Shown here in pieces: positions 39,101-51,100 of a stretch of 64,000 nucleotides of DNA. A program made the translations under genes and the position numbers. Position 1 is the first letter of the stretch, and every line of letters starts with the position of its first letter. Origin of the DNA: Amphiscolops sp. MND2022 (Eukaryota); assembly GCA_964187785.1 (NCBI GenBank), contig OZ076410.1, positions 8,122,001-8,186,000 of the forward strand, written 5' to 3'. The notes beneath the pieces are model-generated. The model was not told where the DNA came from. It saw only the letters and a program-made list of their open reading frames with translations, and ran no database searches.

Positions 39101-42100
39101 CTGCTGGGTTGCTGTCAATGCTGGCTTCAAGACGCGTTCCTTCGTTTTCGTGATCTTCTTTTATTGTTGTCAACACTTCTTTGGTGCTGCGTGGGGAAAC
39201 TGAAAAACATAATGCTTTTCGTTAAATCTTAGTCCGCATCTGCTATGCTTCTTACATCCAATTAATCTACTGATTTTTCTTTTGGAGTAAAAATTGATCG
39301 GACACTTTAAATGCCCAATGCCCACTTTTGAAAAATATATTCGCCTAGTATGTGTAGACTTTTTATTTTCCGCCCACATAAATGGGGGAGGAAAATCATG
39401 ATCTGTGATGCGTTTTTTTACAAATTCTGCCAAAACTCCACATTATGTCCACTCCATGAAGTGCACGTCACTTAGTTACGTGACTATTTTCTTAGTTTAC
39501 TAGCGATAGTTACAACTGAGTTACTTCAATTATGGTGGCTCAGTCAGGTTGTAGGTCCTAGTGTTCGAACCCAGGCGGGTGCTTGAATTTTTTTGTTTCC
39601 CAGCCAGGTCGTGGGTTCGAACCTCTCCTTCGGCATACTTTTTTGCAATAAGCGTGTCGCGGAAAATATCCCGGTGCTTAGCGGGCGTCTTGTCTTAAAA
39701 CCATTTTGTTGGCAAACTAGGTTTGACAGTCAATGCTTCATTGATTTGATAGGTGTTGGAACAAACTTGCGTTTGATTTTTAACACTTAGAGCCAGGTAA
39801 ATTTATAGTGTTCTCGGTTACTAAATATTTTTCTCAACCGCTGTAATACTGCTAAAATATTTTTGGCTGTTTCATGTAGAGTTTGCAATGAACAAAATTG
39901 AATACTCGATCCTATTATTTTCGTATGTTTGAGAAAGCGTAAAACGTTGACTGGTCCTAGGAAAGAGTTTGTTAACATTTCTCCACTTTGGAAGCTTCAA
40001 TTACAGTTCTAGTTTTCGGTCAGAAATTTCGTAACCCTCGAAAATAATGGAATCGATTGGGTAAAAAATGTACCATTGGGAGCAATGGGGAATGGTGATT
40101 TCCATGAATATTTACCTTCTGAGTAAGTTCACGTTGGAAACGTGATTTAATTGAACGTTAATATCTGCAATATTGTATCTGACTCCAATCTCTCCATCTA
40201 TTTTGGTTTCAATTACCTGCGATGTTTCAATTTGATGCGTTTTGAGGACAGAGAAATTGAGTAACTAATGGGCGTCGAACCAACAATTCTGGTACATGCA
40301 ACAGGGTTTAAAATCATAGCCTTCATGAACATCGTGTTGGCGAAATTGCCGCTAATTTTTTTCTAAAAGTTAGGAATTATGTAAAGAAACTTCAATTTTT
40401 GAACCATTTCGCTAGTTTTGCAGTATAAAACATTCGCTCAAAGAGCAAAACTAAAAAATATATTTTTCAAAACTGTCTGTAACCAACGTAATATTTCGAG
40501 AACTGGGGCCACTTTTTAATCTGTGACTTGGTAAAACTTAATGTTTTTGAAAACTTTCTCAATCTAAAATCTAAACCGAGTGTTATGATTTTGAAAAGTG
40601 AAACTGCTTGACGGAAAAGTGATTGTGATCAGTGTCTGAAAGCAGCAGTGTAAGCTTGAAGGGGTGTTAGTTTCTCTTACCTGTAGGTCTGTCAAGTTCC
40701 GCCAACTCTGCTTCGATTTTCTCTAAAATTTCTGGTAATCTAGATCGTCTTCGAGGATGGCCTCGAATTTTGAGCCTAGTGGTCAAAACTTTGATGGGTT
40801 CTACGAATTTTTCGGTCTCCACTGGAAGTAAATCGAAGCTGAGTGCGAAAACATTTTCTTGATCTTCCGATATGATTCCGCGAATTTTGCATTGTATTTC
40901 CTCCAATTCTTCATACAAGTGGCAGACTGTTTGTTCTGAATCGTCTCCGCTCGTCAGCGAGATAGTCAAAGACAAATCAATGAGCTTATCTTGAAGGTCA
41001 AAAAGTTGTTGCAGAGATTTTTCATTTTCCTTTCCCGTCCCAGATTTATTTAGAAACGAAGCCTCGTCGTTGATTGAATGCAATATTCGCCTGACATCAT
41101 CAAGAAGTGAACGGAGATCAATTTCAACTGTTTCGGAGTTTCTGATGTCTGAAGAAGAAAATTGATTCAAGATGTCCTTGCAATCATCCGAATCCAATAA
41201 TTGAGATAGTTCTTCACTTATGCTTCTCAAGTAGTTGATCAAAAATTCTTGCTCTTCGTTGTCGAAGCAGAAATTATCGCAGTTTATGACATCGCTCAAA
41301 GTGTTCAGGTCAAAATTAAGGCAGAGAATATGCTTTAGAAGTGCTTTAACAGCGTCACTTTTGTCCAAGCTGATTCCGAAATGTAGCAAATCGGACAAAA
41401 GGGGACTTTCTGCCAGTTTCCTTGACTTTTCGCTGCAAGATGTCAGGATAGCAACAATCGATGACGATAGAAGAAGCTCTTCATCTTCAATGGACACACC
41501 ATCATGAGTTATTCCATCGCCCGCTTCTGGAGAAGAAGATCGATCAAATGAATCTCCCAAGTCCTCAATCACTGCGTCTTCAGCTGATTCTGATTCTTCA
41601 ACCACTGTTGCTTCTGGTGCCTCTTCAACTTCTTCAGTTGTCTTGAATTCAATTTGCTCTTCAGCTTGTTCCTCTTCTTGTGTTTCGAACGAGACATCGA
41701 CTTTGTCTTCAGCGGTCTCTGATTCTTCAACCACTGTTGCGTCTGGTGCCTCTTCAGCTTTTTCAGTTGTCTTGATGTCAATTTGCTCTTCGGCTTGTTC
41801 CTCTTCTTGTGTTTCGAACGAGACATCGACTTTGTCTTCAGCGGTCTCTGATTCTTCAACTACTGTTGCTTCTGGTGCCTCTTCAACTTCTTCAGTTGTC
41901 TTGATGTCAATTTGCTCTTCGGCTTGTTCCTCTTCTTGTGTTTCGAACGAGGCATCGACTTTGTCTTCAGCGGTCTCTGATTCTTCAACTACTGTTGCTT
42001 CTGGTGCCTCTTCAACTTCTTCAGTTGTCTTGATGTCAATTTGCTCTTCGGCTTGTTCCTCTTCTTGTGTTTCGAACGAGACATCGACTTTGTCTTCAGC

Positions 42101-45100
42101 GGTCTCTGATTCTTCAACTACCGTTGCTTCTGGTGCCTCTTCAAATTCTTCAGTTGTATTGATGTCAATTTGTTCTTCGGTTTGTTCCTCTTCTTGTGTT
42201 TCGAACGAGACATCGACTTTGTCTTCAGCGGTCTCTGATTCTTCAACTACTGTTGCTTCTGGTGCCTCTTCAACTTCTTCAGTTGTCTTGGTGTCAATTT
42301 GCTCTTCGGCTTGTTCCTCTTCTTGTGTTTCGAACGAGACATCGACTTTGTTTTCAGCCGTCTCTGATTCTTCAACTACTGTTGCTTCTGGTGCCTCTTC
42401 AACTTCTTCAGTTGTCTTGATGTCAATTTGCTCTTCGGCTTGTTCCTCTTCTTGTGTTTCGAACGAGACATCGACTTTGTCTCCAGCGGTCTCTGATTCT
42501 TCAACTACTGTTGCTTCTGGTGCCTCTTCAACTTCTTCAGTTGTCTTGATGTCAATTTGCTCTTCGGCTTGTTCTTCTTCTTGAGTTTCGAACGAGACAT
42601 TGACTTTGTCTTCAGCGGTCTCTGATTCTTCAACCACTGTTGCTTCTGGTGCCTCTTCAACTTCTTCAGTTGTCTTGAATTCAATTTGCTCTTCGGCTTG
42701 TTCCTCTTCTTGTGTTTCGAACGAGACATCGACTTTGTCTTCAGCGGTCTTTGATTCTTCAACTACTGTTGCTTCTGGTGCCTCTTCAACTTCTTCAGTT
42801 GTCTTGATGTCAATTTGCTCTTCGGCTTGTTCCTCTTCTTGTGTTTCGAACGAGACATCGACTTTGTCTTCAGCGGTCTCTGATTCTTCAACTACTGTTG
42901 CTTCTGGTGCCTCTTCAACTTCTTCAGTTGTCTTGATGTCAATTTGCTCTTCGGCTTGTTCCTCTTCTTGTGTTTCGAACGAGACATCGACTTTGTCTTC
43001 AGCGGTCTCTGATTCTTCAACTACTGTTGCTTCTGGTGCCTCTTCAACTTCTTCAGTTGTCTTGATGTCAATTTGCTCTTCGGCTTGTTCCTCTTCTTGT
43101 GTTTCGAACAAGACATCGACTTTGTCTTCAGCTGCCTCTGATTCTTCAACTACTGTTGCTTCTGGTGCCTCTTCAACTTCTTCAGTTGTCTTGATGTCAA
43201 TTTGCTCTTCGACTTGTTCCTCTTCTTGTGTTTCGAACGAGACATCGACTTTGTCTTCAGCTGCCTCTGATTCTTCAACTACTGTTGCTTCTGGTGCCTC
43301 TTCAACTTCTTCAGTTGTCTTGATGTCAATTTGCTCTTCCGCTTGTTCCTCTTCTTGTGTTTCGAACGAGACATCGACTTTGTCTTCAGCGGTCTCTGAT
43401 TCTTCAACCACTGTTGCTTCTGGTGCCTCTTCAACTTCTTCAGTTGTCTTGAATTCAATTTGCTCTTCGGCTTGTTCCTCTTCTTGTGTTTCGAACGAGA
43501 CATCGACTTTGTCTTCAGCGGTCTCTGATTCTTCAACTACTGTTGCTTCTGGTGCCTCTTCAACTTCTTCAGTTGTCTTGATGTCAATTTGCTCTTCGGC
43601 TTGTTCCTCTTCTTGTGTTTCGAACGAGACATCGACTTTGTCTTCAGCGGTCTCTGATTCTTCAACTACTGTTGCTTCTGGTGCCTCTTCAACTTCTTCA
43701 GTTGTCTTGATGTCAATTTGCTCTTCGGCTTGTTCCTCTTCTTGTGTTTCGAACGAGACATCGACTTTGTCTTCAGCGGTCTCTGATTCTTCAACTACTG
43801 TTGCTTCTGGTGCCTCTTCAACTTCTTCAGTTGTCTTGATGTCAATTTGCTCTTCGGCTTGTTCCTCTTCTTGTGTTTCGAACAAGACATCGACTTTGTC
43901 TTCAGCTGCCTCTGATTCTTCAACTACTGTTGCTTCTGGTGCCTCTTCAACTTCTTCAGTTGTCTTGATGTCAATTTGCTCTTCGACTTGTTCCTCTTCT
44001 TGTGTTTCGAACGAGACATCGACTTTGTCTTCAGCTGCCTCTGATGCTTCAACTACTGTTGCTTCTGGTGCCTCTTCAACTTCTTCAGTTGTCTTGATGT
44101 CAATTTGCTCTTCCGCTTGTTCCTCTTCTTGTGTTTCGAACGAGACATCGACTTTCTCTTCAGCGGTCTCTGATTCTTCAACTACTGTTGCTTCTGGTGC
44201 CTCGTCAACTTCTTCAGTAGTCATGATGTCAATTTGCGCTACGGATTGTTCCTCTTCTTGAGTTTCGAACGAGACATCGACTTTGTCTTCAGCGGTCTCT
44301 GATTCTTCAACTACTGTTGCTTCTGGTGCCTCTTCAACTTCTTCAGTTGTCTTGATGTCAATTTGCTCTTCAACTTGTTCCTCTTCTTGTGTTTCGAACG
44401 AGACATCGACTTTGTCTTCAGCTGCCTCTGATTCTTCAACTACTGTTGCTTCTGGTGCCTCTTCAACTTCTTCAGTTGTCTTGATGTCAATTTGCTCTTC
44501 CGCTTGTTCCTCTTCTTGTGTTTCGAACGAGACATCGACTTTCTCTTCAGCGGTCTCTGATTCTTCAACTACTGTTGCTTCTGGTGCCTCGTCAACTTCT
44601 TCAGTAGTCATGATGTCAATTTGCGCTACGGCTTGTTCCTCTTCTTGAGTTTCGAACGAGACATCGACTTTGTCTTCAGCGGTCTCTGATTCTTCAACTA
44701 CTGTTGCTTCTGGTGCCTCTTCATCTTCTTCAGTTGTCTTGATGTCAATTTGCTCTTCGGCTTGTTCCTCTTCTTGTGTTTCGAACGAGACATCGACTTT
44801 GTCTTCAGCGGTCTCTGATTCTTCAAGTACTGTTGCTTCTGGTGCCTCTTCAACTTCTTCAGTTGTCTTGATGTCAATTTGGTCTTCGGCTTGTTCCTCT
44901 TCTTGTGTTTCGAACGAGACATCGACTTTGTCTTCAGCGGTCTCTGATTCTTCAACTACTGTTGCTTCTGGTGCCTCTTCAACTTCTTCAGTTGTCTTGA
45001 TGTCAGTTTGCTCTTCGGCTTGTTCCTCTTCTTGTGTTTCGAACGAGACATCGACTTTGTCCTCAGCTGTCTCTGATTCTTCAACCACTGTTGCTTCTGG

Positions 45101-48100
45101 TGCCTCTTCAGCTTCTTCGGTTGTCTTGATGTCAATTTGCTCTTCGGCTTGTTCCTCTTCTTGTGTTTCGAACGAGACATCGACTTTGTCTTCAGCGGTC
45201 TCTGATTCTTCAACTACTGTTGCTTCTGGTGCCTCTTCAACTTCTTCAGTTGTCTTGATGTCAATTTGCTCTTCGGCTTGTTCTTCTTCTTGAGTTTCGA
45301 ACGAGACATTGACTTTGTCTTCAGCGGTCTCTGATTCTTCAACCACTGTTGCTTCTGGTGCCTCTTCAACTTCTTCAGTTGTCTTGAATTCAATTTGCTC
45401 TTCGGCTTGTTCCTCTTCTTGTGTTTCGAACGAGACATCGACTTTGTCTTCAGCGGTCTCTGATTCTTCAACTACTGTTGCTTCTGGTGCCTCTTCAACT
45501 TCTTCAGTTGTCTTGATGTCAATTTGGTCTTCGGCTTGTTCCTCTTCTTGTGTTTCGAACGAGACATCGACTTTGTCTTCAGCGGTCTCTGATTCTTCAA
45601 CTACTGTTGCTTCTGGTGCCTCTTCAACTTCTTCAGTTGTCTTGATGTCAATATGCTCTTCGGCTTGTTCCTCTTCTTGTGTTTCGAACGAGACATCGAC
45701 TTTATCCTCAGCTGTCTCTGATTCTTCAACCACTGTTGCTTCTTGTGCCTCTCCAGCTTCTTCAGTTGTCTTGATGTCAATTTGGTCTTCGGCTTGTTCC
45801 TCTTCTTGTGTTTCGTACGAGACATCGACTTTGTCTTCAGCGGTCTCTGATTCTTCAACTACTGTTGCTTCTGGTGCCTCTTCAACTTCTTCAGTTGTCT
45901 TGATGTCAATTTGCTTTTCGGCTTGTTCCTCTTCTTGTGTTTGGAACGAGACATCGACTTTGTCTTCAGCGGTCTCTGATTCTTCAACCACCTTTGCTTC
46001 TGGTGCCTCTTCAACTTCTTCAGTTGTCTTGAATTCAATTTGCTCTTCGGCTTGTTCCTCTTCTTGTGTTTCGAACGAGACATCGACTTTGTCTTCGGCT
46101 GTCTCTGATTCTTCAACCACTGTTGCTTCTGGTGCCTCTTCAACTTCTTCAGTTGTCTTGATGTCAATTTGCTCTTCGGCTTGTTCCTCTTCTTGTGTTT
46201 CGAACGAGACATCGACTTTGTCTTCAGCGGTCTCTGATTCTTCAACCACTGTTGCTTCTGGTGCCTCTTCAACTTCTTCAGTTGTCTTGATGTCAATTTG
46301 CTCTTCGGCTTGTTCCTCTTCTTGTGTTTCGACCGAGACATCGACTTTGTCCTCAGCTGTCTCTGATTCTTCAACCACTGTTGCTTCTGGTGCCTCTCCA
46401 GCTTCTTCAGTTGTCTTGATGTCAATTTGGTCTTCGGCTTGTTCCTCTTCTTGTGTTTCGTACGAGACATCGACTTTGTCTTCAGCGGTCTCTGATTCTT
46501 CAACTACTGTTGCTTCTGGTGCCTCTTCAACTTCTTCAGTTGTCTTGATGTCAATTTGCTCTTCGGCTTGTTCCTCTTCTTGTGTTTGGAACGAGACATC
46601 GACTTTGTCTTCAGCGGTCTCTGATTCTTCAACCACTGTTGCTTCTGGTGCCTCTTCAACTTCTTCAGTTGTCTTGAATTCAATTTGCTCTTCGGCTTGT
46701 TCCTCTTCTTGTGTTTCGAACGAGACATCGACTTTGTCTTCAGCTGTCTCTGATTCTTCAACTACTGCAGCTTCTGGTGCCTCTTCAACTTCTTCAGTTG
46801 TCTTGATGTCAATTTGCTCTTCGGCTTGTTCCTCTTCTTGTGTTTCGAACGAGACATCGACTTTGTCTTCAGCGGTCTCTGATTCTTCAACCACTGTTGC
46901 TTCTGGTGCCTCTTCAACTTCTTCAGTTGTCTTGATGTCAATTTGCTCTTCGGCTTGTTCCTCTTCTTGTGTTTGGAACGAGACATCGACTTTGTCTTCA
47001 GCGGTCTCTGATTCTTCAACCACTGTTGCTTCTGGTGCCTCTTCAACTTCTTCAATTGTCTTGAATTCAATTTGCTCTTCGGCTTGTTCCTCTTCTTGTG
47101 TTTCGAACGAGACATCGACTTTGTCTTCGGCTGTCTCTGATTCTTCAACTACTGTTGCTTCTGGTGCCTCTTCATCTTCTTCAGTTGTCTTGATGTCAAT
47201 TTGCTTTTCGGCTTGTTCCTCTTCTTGTGTTTCGAACGAGACATCGACTTTGTCTTCAGCGGTCTCTGATTCTTCAACCACTGTTGCTTCTGGTGCCTCT
47301 TCAACTTCTTCAGTTGTCTTGATGTCAATTTGCTCTTCGGCTTGTTCCTCTTCTTGTGTTTCGAACGAGACATCGACTTTGTCTTCAGCGGTCTCTGATT
47401 CTTCAACTACTGTTGCTTCTGGTGCCTCTTCAACTTCTTCAGTTGTCTTGAATTCAATTTGCTCTTCGGCTTGTTCCTCTTCTTGTGTTTGGAACGAGAC
47501 ATCGACTTTGTCTTCAGCGGTCTCTGATTCTTCAACCACTGTTGCTTCTGGTGCCTCTTCAACTTCTTCAGTTGTCTTGAATTCAATTTGCTCTTCGGCT
47601 TGTTCCTCTTCTTGTGTTTGGAACGAGACATCGACTTTGTCTTCAGCGGTCTCTGATTCTTCAACCACTGTTGCTTCTGGTGCCTCTTCAACTTCTTCAG
47701 TTGTCTTGAATTCAATTTGCTCTTCGGCTTGTTCCTCTTCTTGTGTTTGGAACGAGACATCGACTTTGTCTTCAGCGGTCTCTGATTCTTCAACCACTGT
47801 TGCTTCTGGTGCCTCTTCAACTTCTTCAGTTGTCTTGAATTCAATTTGCTCTTCGGCTTGTTCCTCTTCTTGTGTTTGGAACGAGACATCGACTTTGTCT
47901 TCAGCGGTCTCTGATTCTTCAACCACTGTTGCTTCTGGTGCCTCTTCAACTTCTTCAGTTGTCTTGAATTCAATTTGCTCTTCGGCTTGTTCCTCTTCTT
48001 GTGTTTCGAACGAGACATCGACTTTGTCTTCAGCGGTCTCTGATTCTTCAACCACTGTTGCTTCTGGTGCCTCTTCAACTTCTTCAGTTGTCTTGATGTC

Positions 48101-51100
48101 AATTTGCTCTTCGGCTTGTTCCTCTTCTTGTGTTTCGACCGAGACATCGACTTTGTTTTCAGCTGTCTCTGATTCTTCCGTCAGCTCAATGTCTTCTAGT
48201 ATCTGCTGATGCTGCTCTTCGGTTACTCCATAACTCTTGCGCCTTTGTTTTTCTTCCTCTGTTTCTTGATTTTGTTCGGGGTGCCAGGAATGTCGTCTGG
48301 ATCGTCGCTCCATGTTTTCAATTCTCTCAACCAAAGTGTTCCACATATCGGACAAAAGTGTAGATTCAGATGTGTTCCTACTATCATTCGCAGGTGAGGT
48401 TGTTCTTATAAACTCTGAACTGTAGTTCAGGCATTCCAACGGATCAAAGTCATCCTTGCTTTTCTCGTTCACAATCTCTTCAGAATGTGTGTCTAGTTCG
48501 TCAACCACTATATGTGGAATCGCTTTTTCTTCCCTGAAAATTTTGAGAGACTCAATCTGATCTTCAGACGTGAAAAAATTCTTTGAGTCGTGGAGTTTCT
48601 TGTTCTCCGCCTCATCTGAAGCCAAAACTTCATCTTCAGTATCGAAAAACAACTCGTTTCCACTAGAATCCGAGGAGGTTTCTTCAATATCAGCTAAAGT
48701 TTCTTTTTCGTCTTCGGTTTGAGTTTCAGTTGCAATGTCGTACGAGCAAGTTGCTTCACTTTCGATTGTTTTCACGGTTATCATGTTTTCATAATCTTCC
48801 GAAGACGTGTTGCCTACTATGTTCCGTTGTTCGATATCTTCACTCAAAGTTTTCTGCAGAGAAATAATGTGTCTGATATTCTCTTCATATTCGTCAAGAA
48901 CCGCGTGAGATGAAGGACCTTCTTCAGTAACGGCCCAATCCAAAGCTAGAACCCAAGTTAGAAAGTGTTTGACAGACAACGACAGTGAAAATTTGCAACA
49001 ACTCTAAATTGCAGTACTTGGTCCATTCAAATGGCAATCTATCTTTTTTTAAAAAAATCAACTTTTTGTGAAAATAAACTTTTATATTGAGGTGTCATTG
49101 ATTCGTATCTGTGCTATATTAATATCTTAAATTGTATTAATATATATTAATATTATTATTTTACAATAATATTACCTTATTAAATATTAATATTACCTAA
49201 TTAGATTGTAATTCGTATAAAGGTCCCGTGCGTTTTTGTTCAATGTCATTTGTTGCTTATCTGTCTATTCATGGGGTAGAAAATGTAGGCTGAATTTTCC
49301 ATACATACCCGGGTCGACCCTCCATTGATATCTCGGTAAGATCTTGGCAAGATCTTGCCAAAATCTTGGAAAAAGCTTATTAAAGATCTTGCCAAGATAT
49401 TGCCAAGATTTGCAAGATGTCATGGTAAGATCTTATCAATAGAGCCATGTTCCCAAGAAAAATTTTACTGGAAAATTTCCACCATTTATCATACAACTGC
49501 TGAAACAGGCTAAAAGAAAGACGGAGGTATGAATTTTGGAAAAATACCGGACTTCTTAGTGTTACCTGCGTAACTTTCCGATAGTGGCTTTGGACGTTTG
49601 ACACCATTTTTCTCTGCCTCTGGAATCGACAGGAGTGATAAGTCACAAGTTTTCATAAGTCCTTGAAATAAGCGTTGATTTGGTACATTCGCATTTCTCA
49701 GTCTTAAACAGGTAAGAAGTTATTAGGATTCTCGTCAATATTTCCGAAGCCAGAATACGTTATCGTGATTTTTCGCACAATTTTGCATGCCAAATTTTTT
49801 CAGCAGGTTGAAGCATTTTGATTATGAAAACGAGTAGAAATAGTCGTAGTTGGGTGTAATGAACCTTCAGATTGCGTCTCGGCTGCTTCTACGGAAGCTA
49901 TAGTGTTTTTTATAACCTTAGAGAAGTTTGTCCATCGTGATAAGATACGATCTTGGAATAAGTATTATCTTAGTAAGATCCTAATAAGAATCTTGCCATG
50001 GGATCCATGGTTACCAAAATGTAATAAGAATTTGGCAAGATCTTGCCAAGACAGCCAAGATGCTAGTAAGAGGGTCAACCCGGGTATACTTACCGGCAAA
50101 AGTAACGTCGCTAACATGAATTTCAAAATAAAACAAGAAATACAGAATTAACACCATAAAAAACATTCCCATAATTTGGTTACGTTTAGCTACAGTAAGA
50201 TGAGGCATTTTACGTTCTACACTTAATGCCAAAGCCTTTGCAAATTAAGATACTGTAACAAAATAAAAATATTGAAAAAGATGTTGTTCAATGTGATAAT
50301 CCCCTTCCTCTGAGTCCTTCTTCTGATACTAATGTTTCATTCAACTTCGTTTCACTTCTGTACATTGGTTTGGCTGGATGTCTAAGGTCTTTCATTTTAG
50401 AGGCCTGGAGAGGATAATCTTCATCTGAATCTGAGTTTTTGTTAAAAGATGCGTGCACTCCTACAGACTTGTCAATATTGAACCGCGAGGGTTGCAAGTT
50501 TTGGGTATTATTTATTTCGGACCTTGAGTTTGTTACTGTCGATGCAATTTTGTTGGATTTTATCTTTTTTAAAATCACATCTTGTTTGTTCTCCATTTCT
50601 TCTCTCATCTCCATGATCCTATCGTTGTTCTTTTGTTCAAAGGTTTCAGTCCATGCTTGAATCTCATTGCTTATTTGACTAGTTTCTATCGGTAAGTTAT
50701 CAGCACCTGAAATTTCTTGAACATCGGAATTAACATTTGCCAAAGTATCATTACCTTGATTTGAACTGTCTATTTGTCTTTCATCTCGACCTCCGTTAGG
50801 GGATGGTGTTTCCAACCTCCTGGACCTTCTGTTGCTCTTATTTCCCATCTAGCTCAAGTGAAAATCGTACTTTGATTGTTGGGAATGAATTTGAATTTGT
50901 TCAAAGGGATTCTCCAAAACCAATTTGATAATGTGACAAAAGATTAGTTAAAAGACTGCTTTCGCAAAAGTTGAGTTCAGGTTCTGAGCAACTGTTCAGA
51001 GTGAAAGTTATATCTCGTCTCAATGATCCTTACAAGTACATCCTTTCCCAAAAAAATGAAGGATGACAAGCACTTTTTCTGGTATCATTATTTAAAGTTT

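Noticed and set aside
39534-39635. Possible functional tRNA gene
   Set aside because: A and B boxes are present but no anticodon arm or acceptor stem can be folded; kept only as a low-confidence SINE-like remnant.
10588-48147. Repeated short Lys/Arg-rich minus-strand ORFs (MSFRKSEMK..., MSKQLKRLK..., MKNQRPLK...)
   Set aside because: Alternative-frame read-outs of the same repeats, recurring at the unit period, with polymorphic stops.
34852-48209. Plus-strand Ser/Thr/Cys-rich mucin-like ORFs (1433, 966, 553, 313 aa)
   Set aside because: Antisense of the Glu-rich repeats; interrupted by changes silent on the minus strand; no consistent splice signals.
48900-48979. Spectrin/nesprin identity suggested by LDWAVTEE and the helical segments
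   Set aside because: A single Trp motif is insufficient; no 106-aa periodicity or KASH/CH signature in the window.
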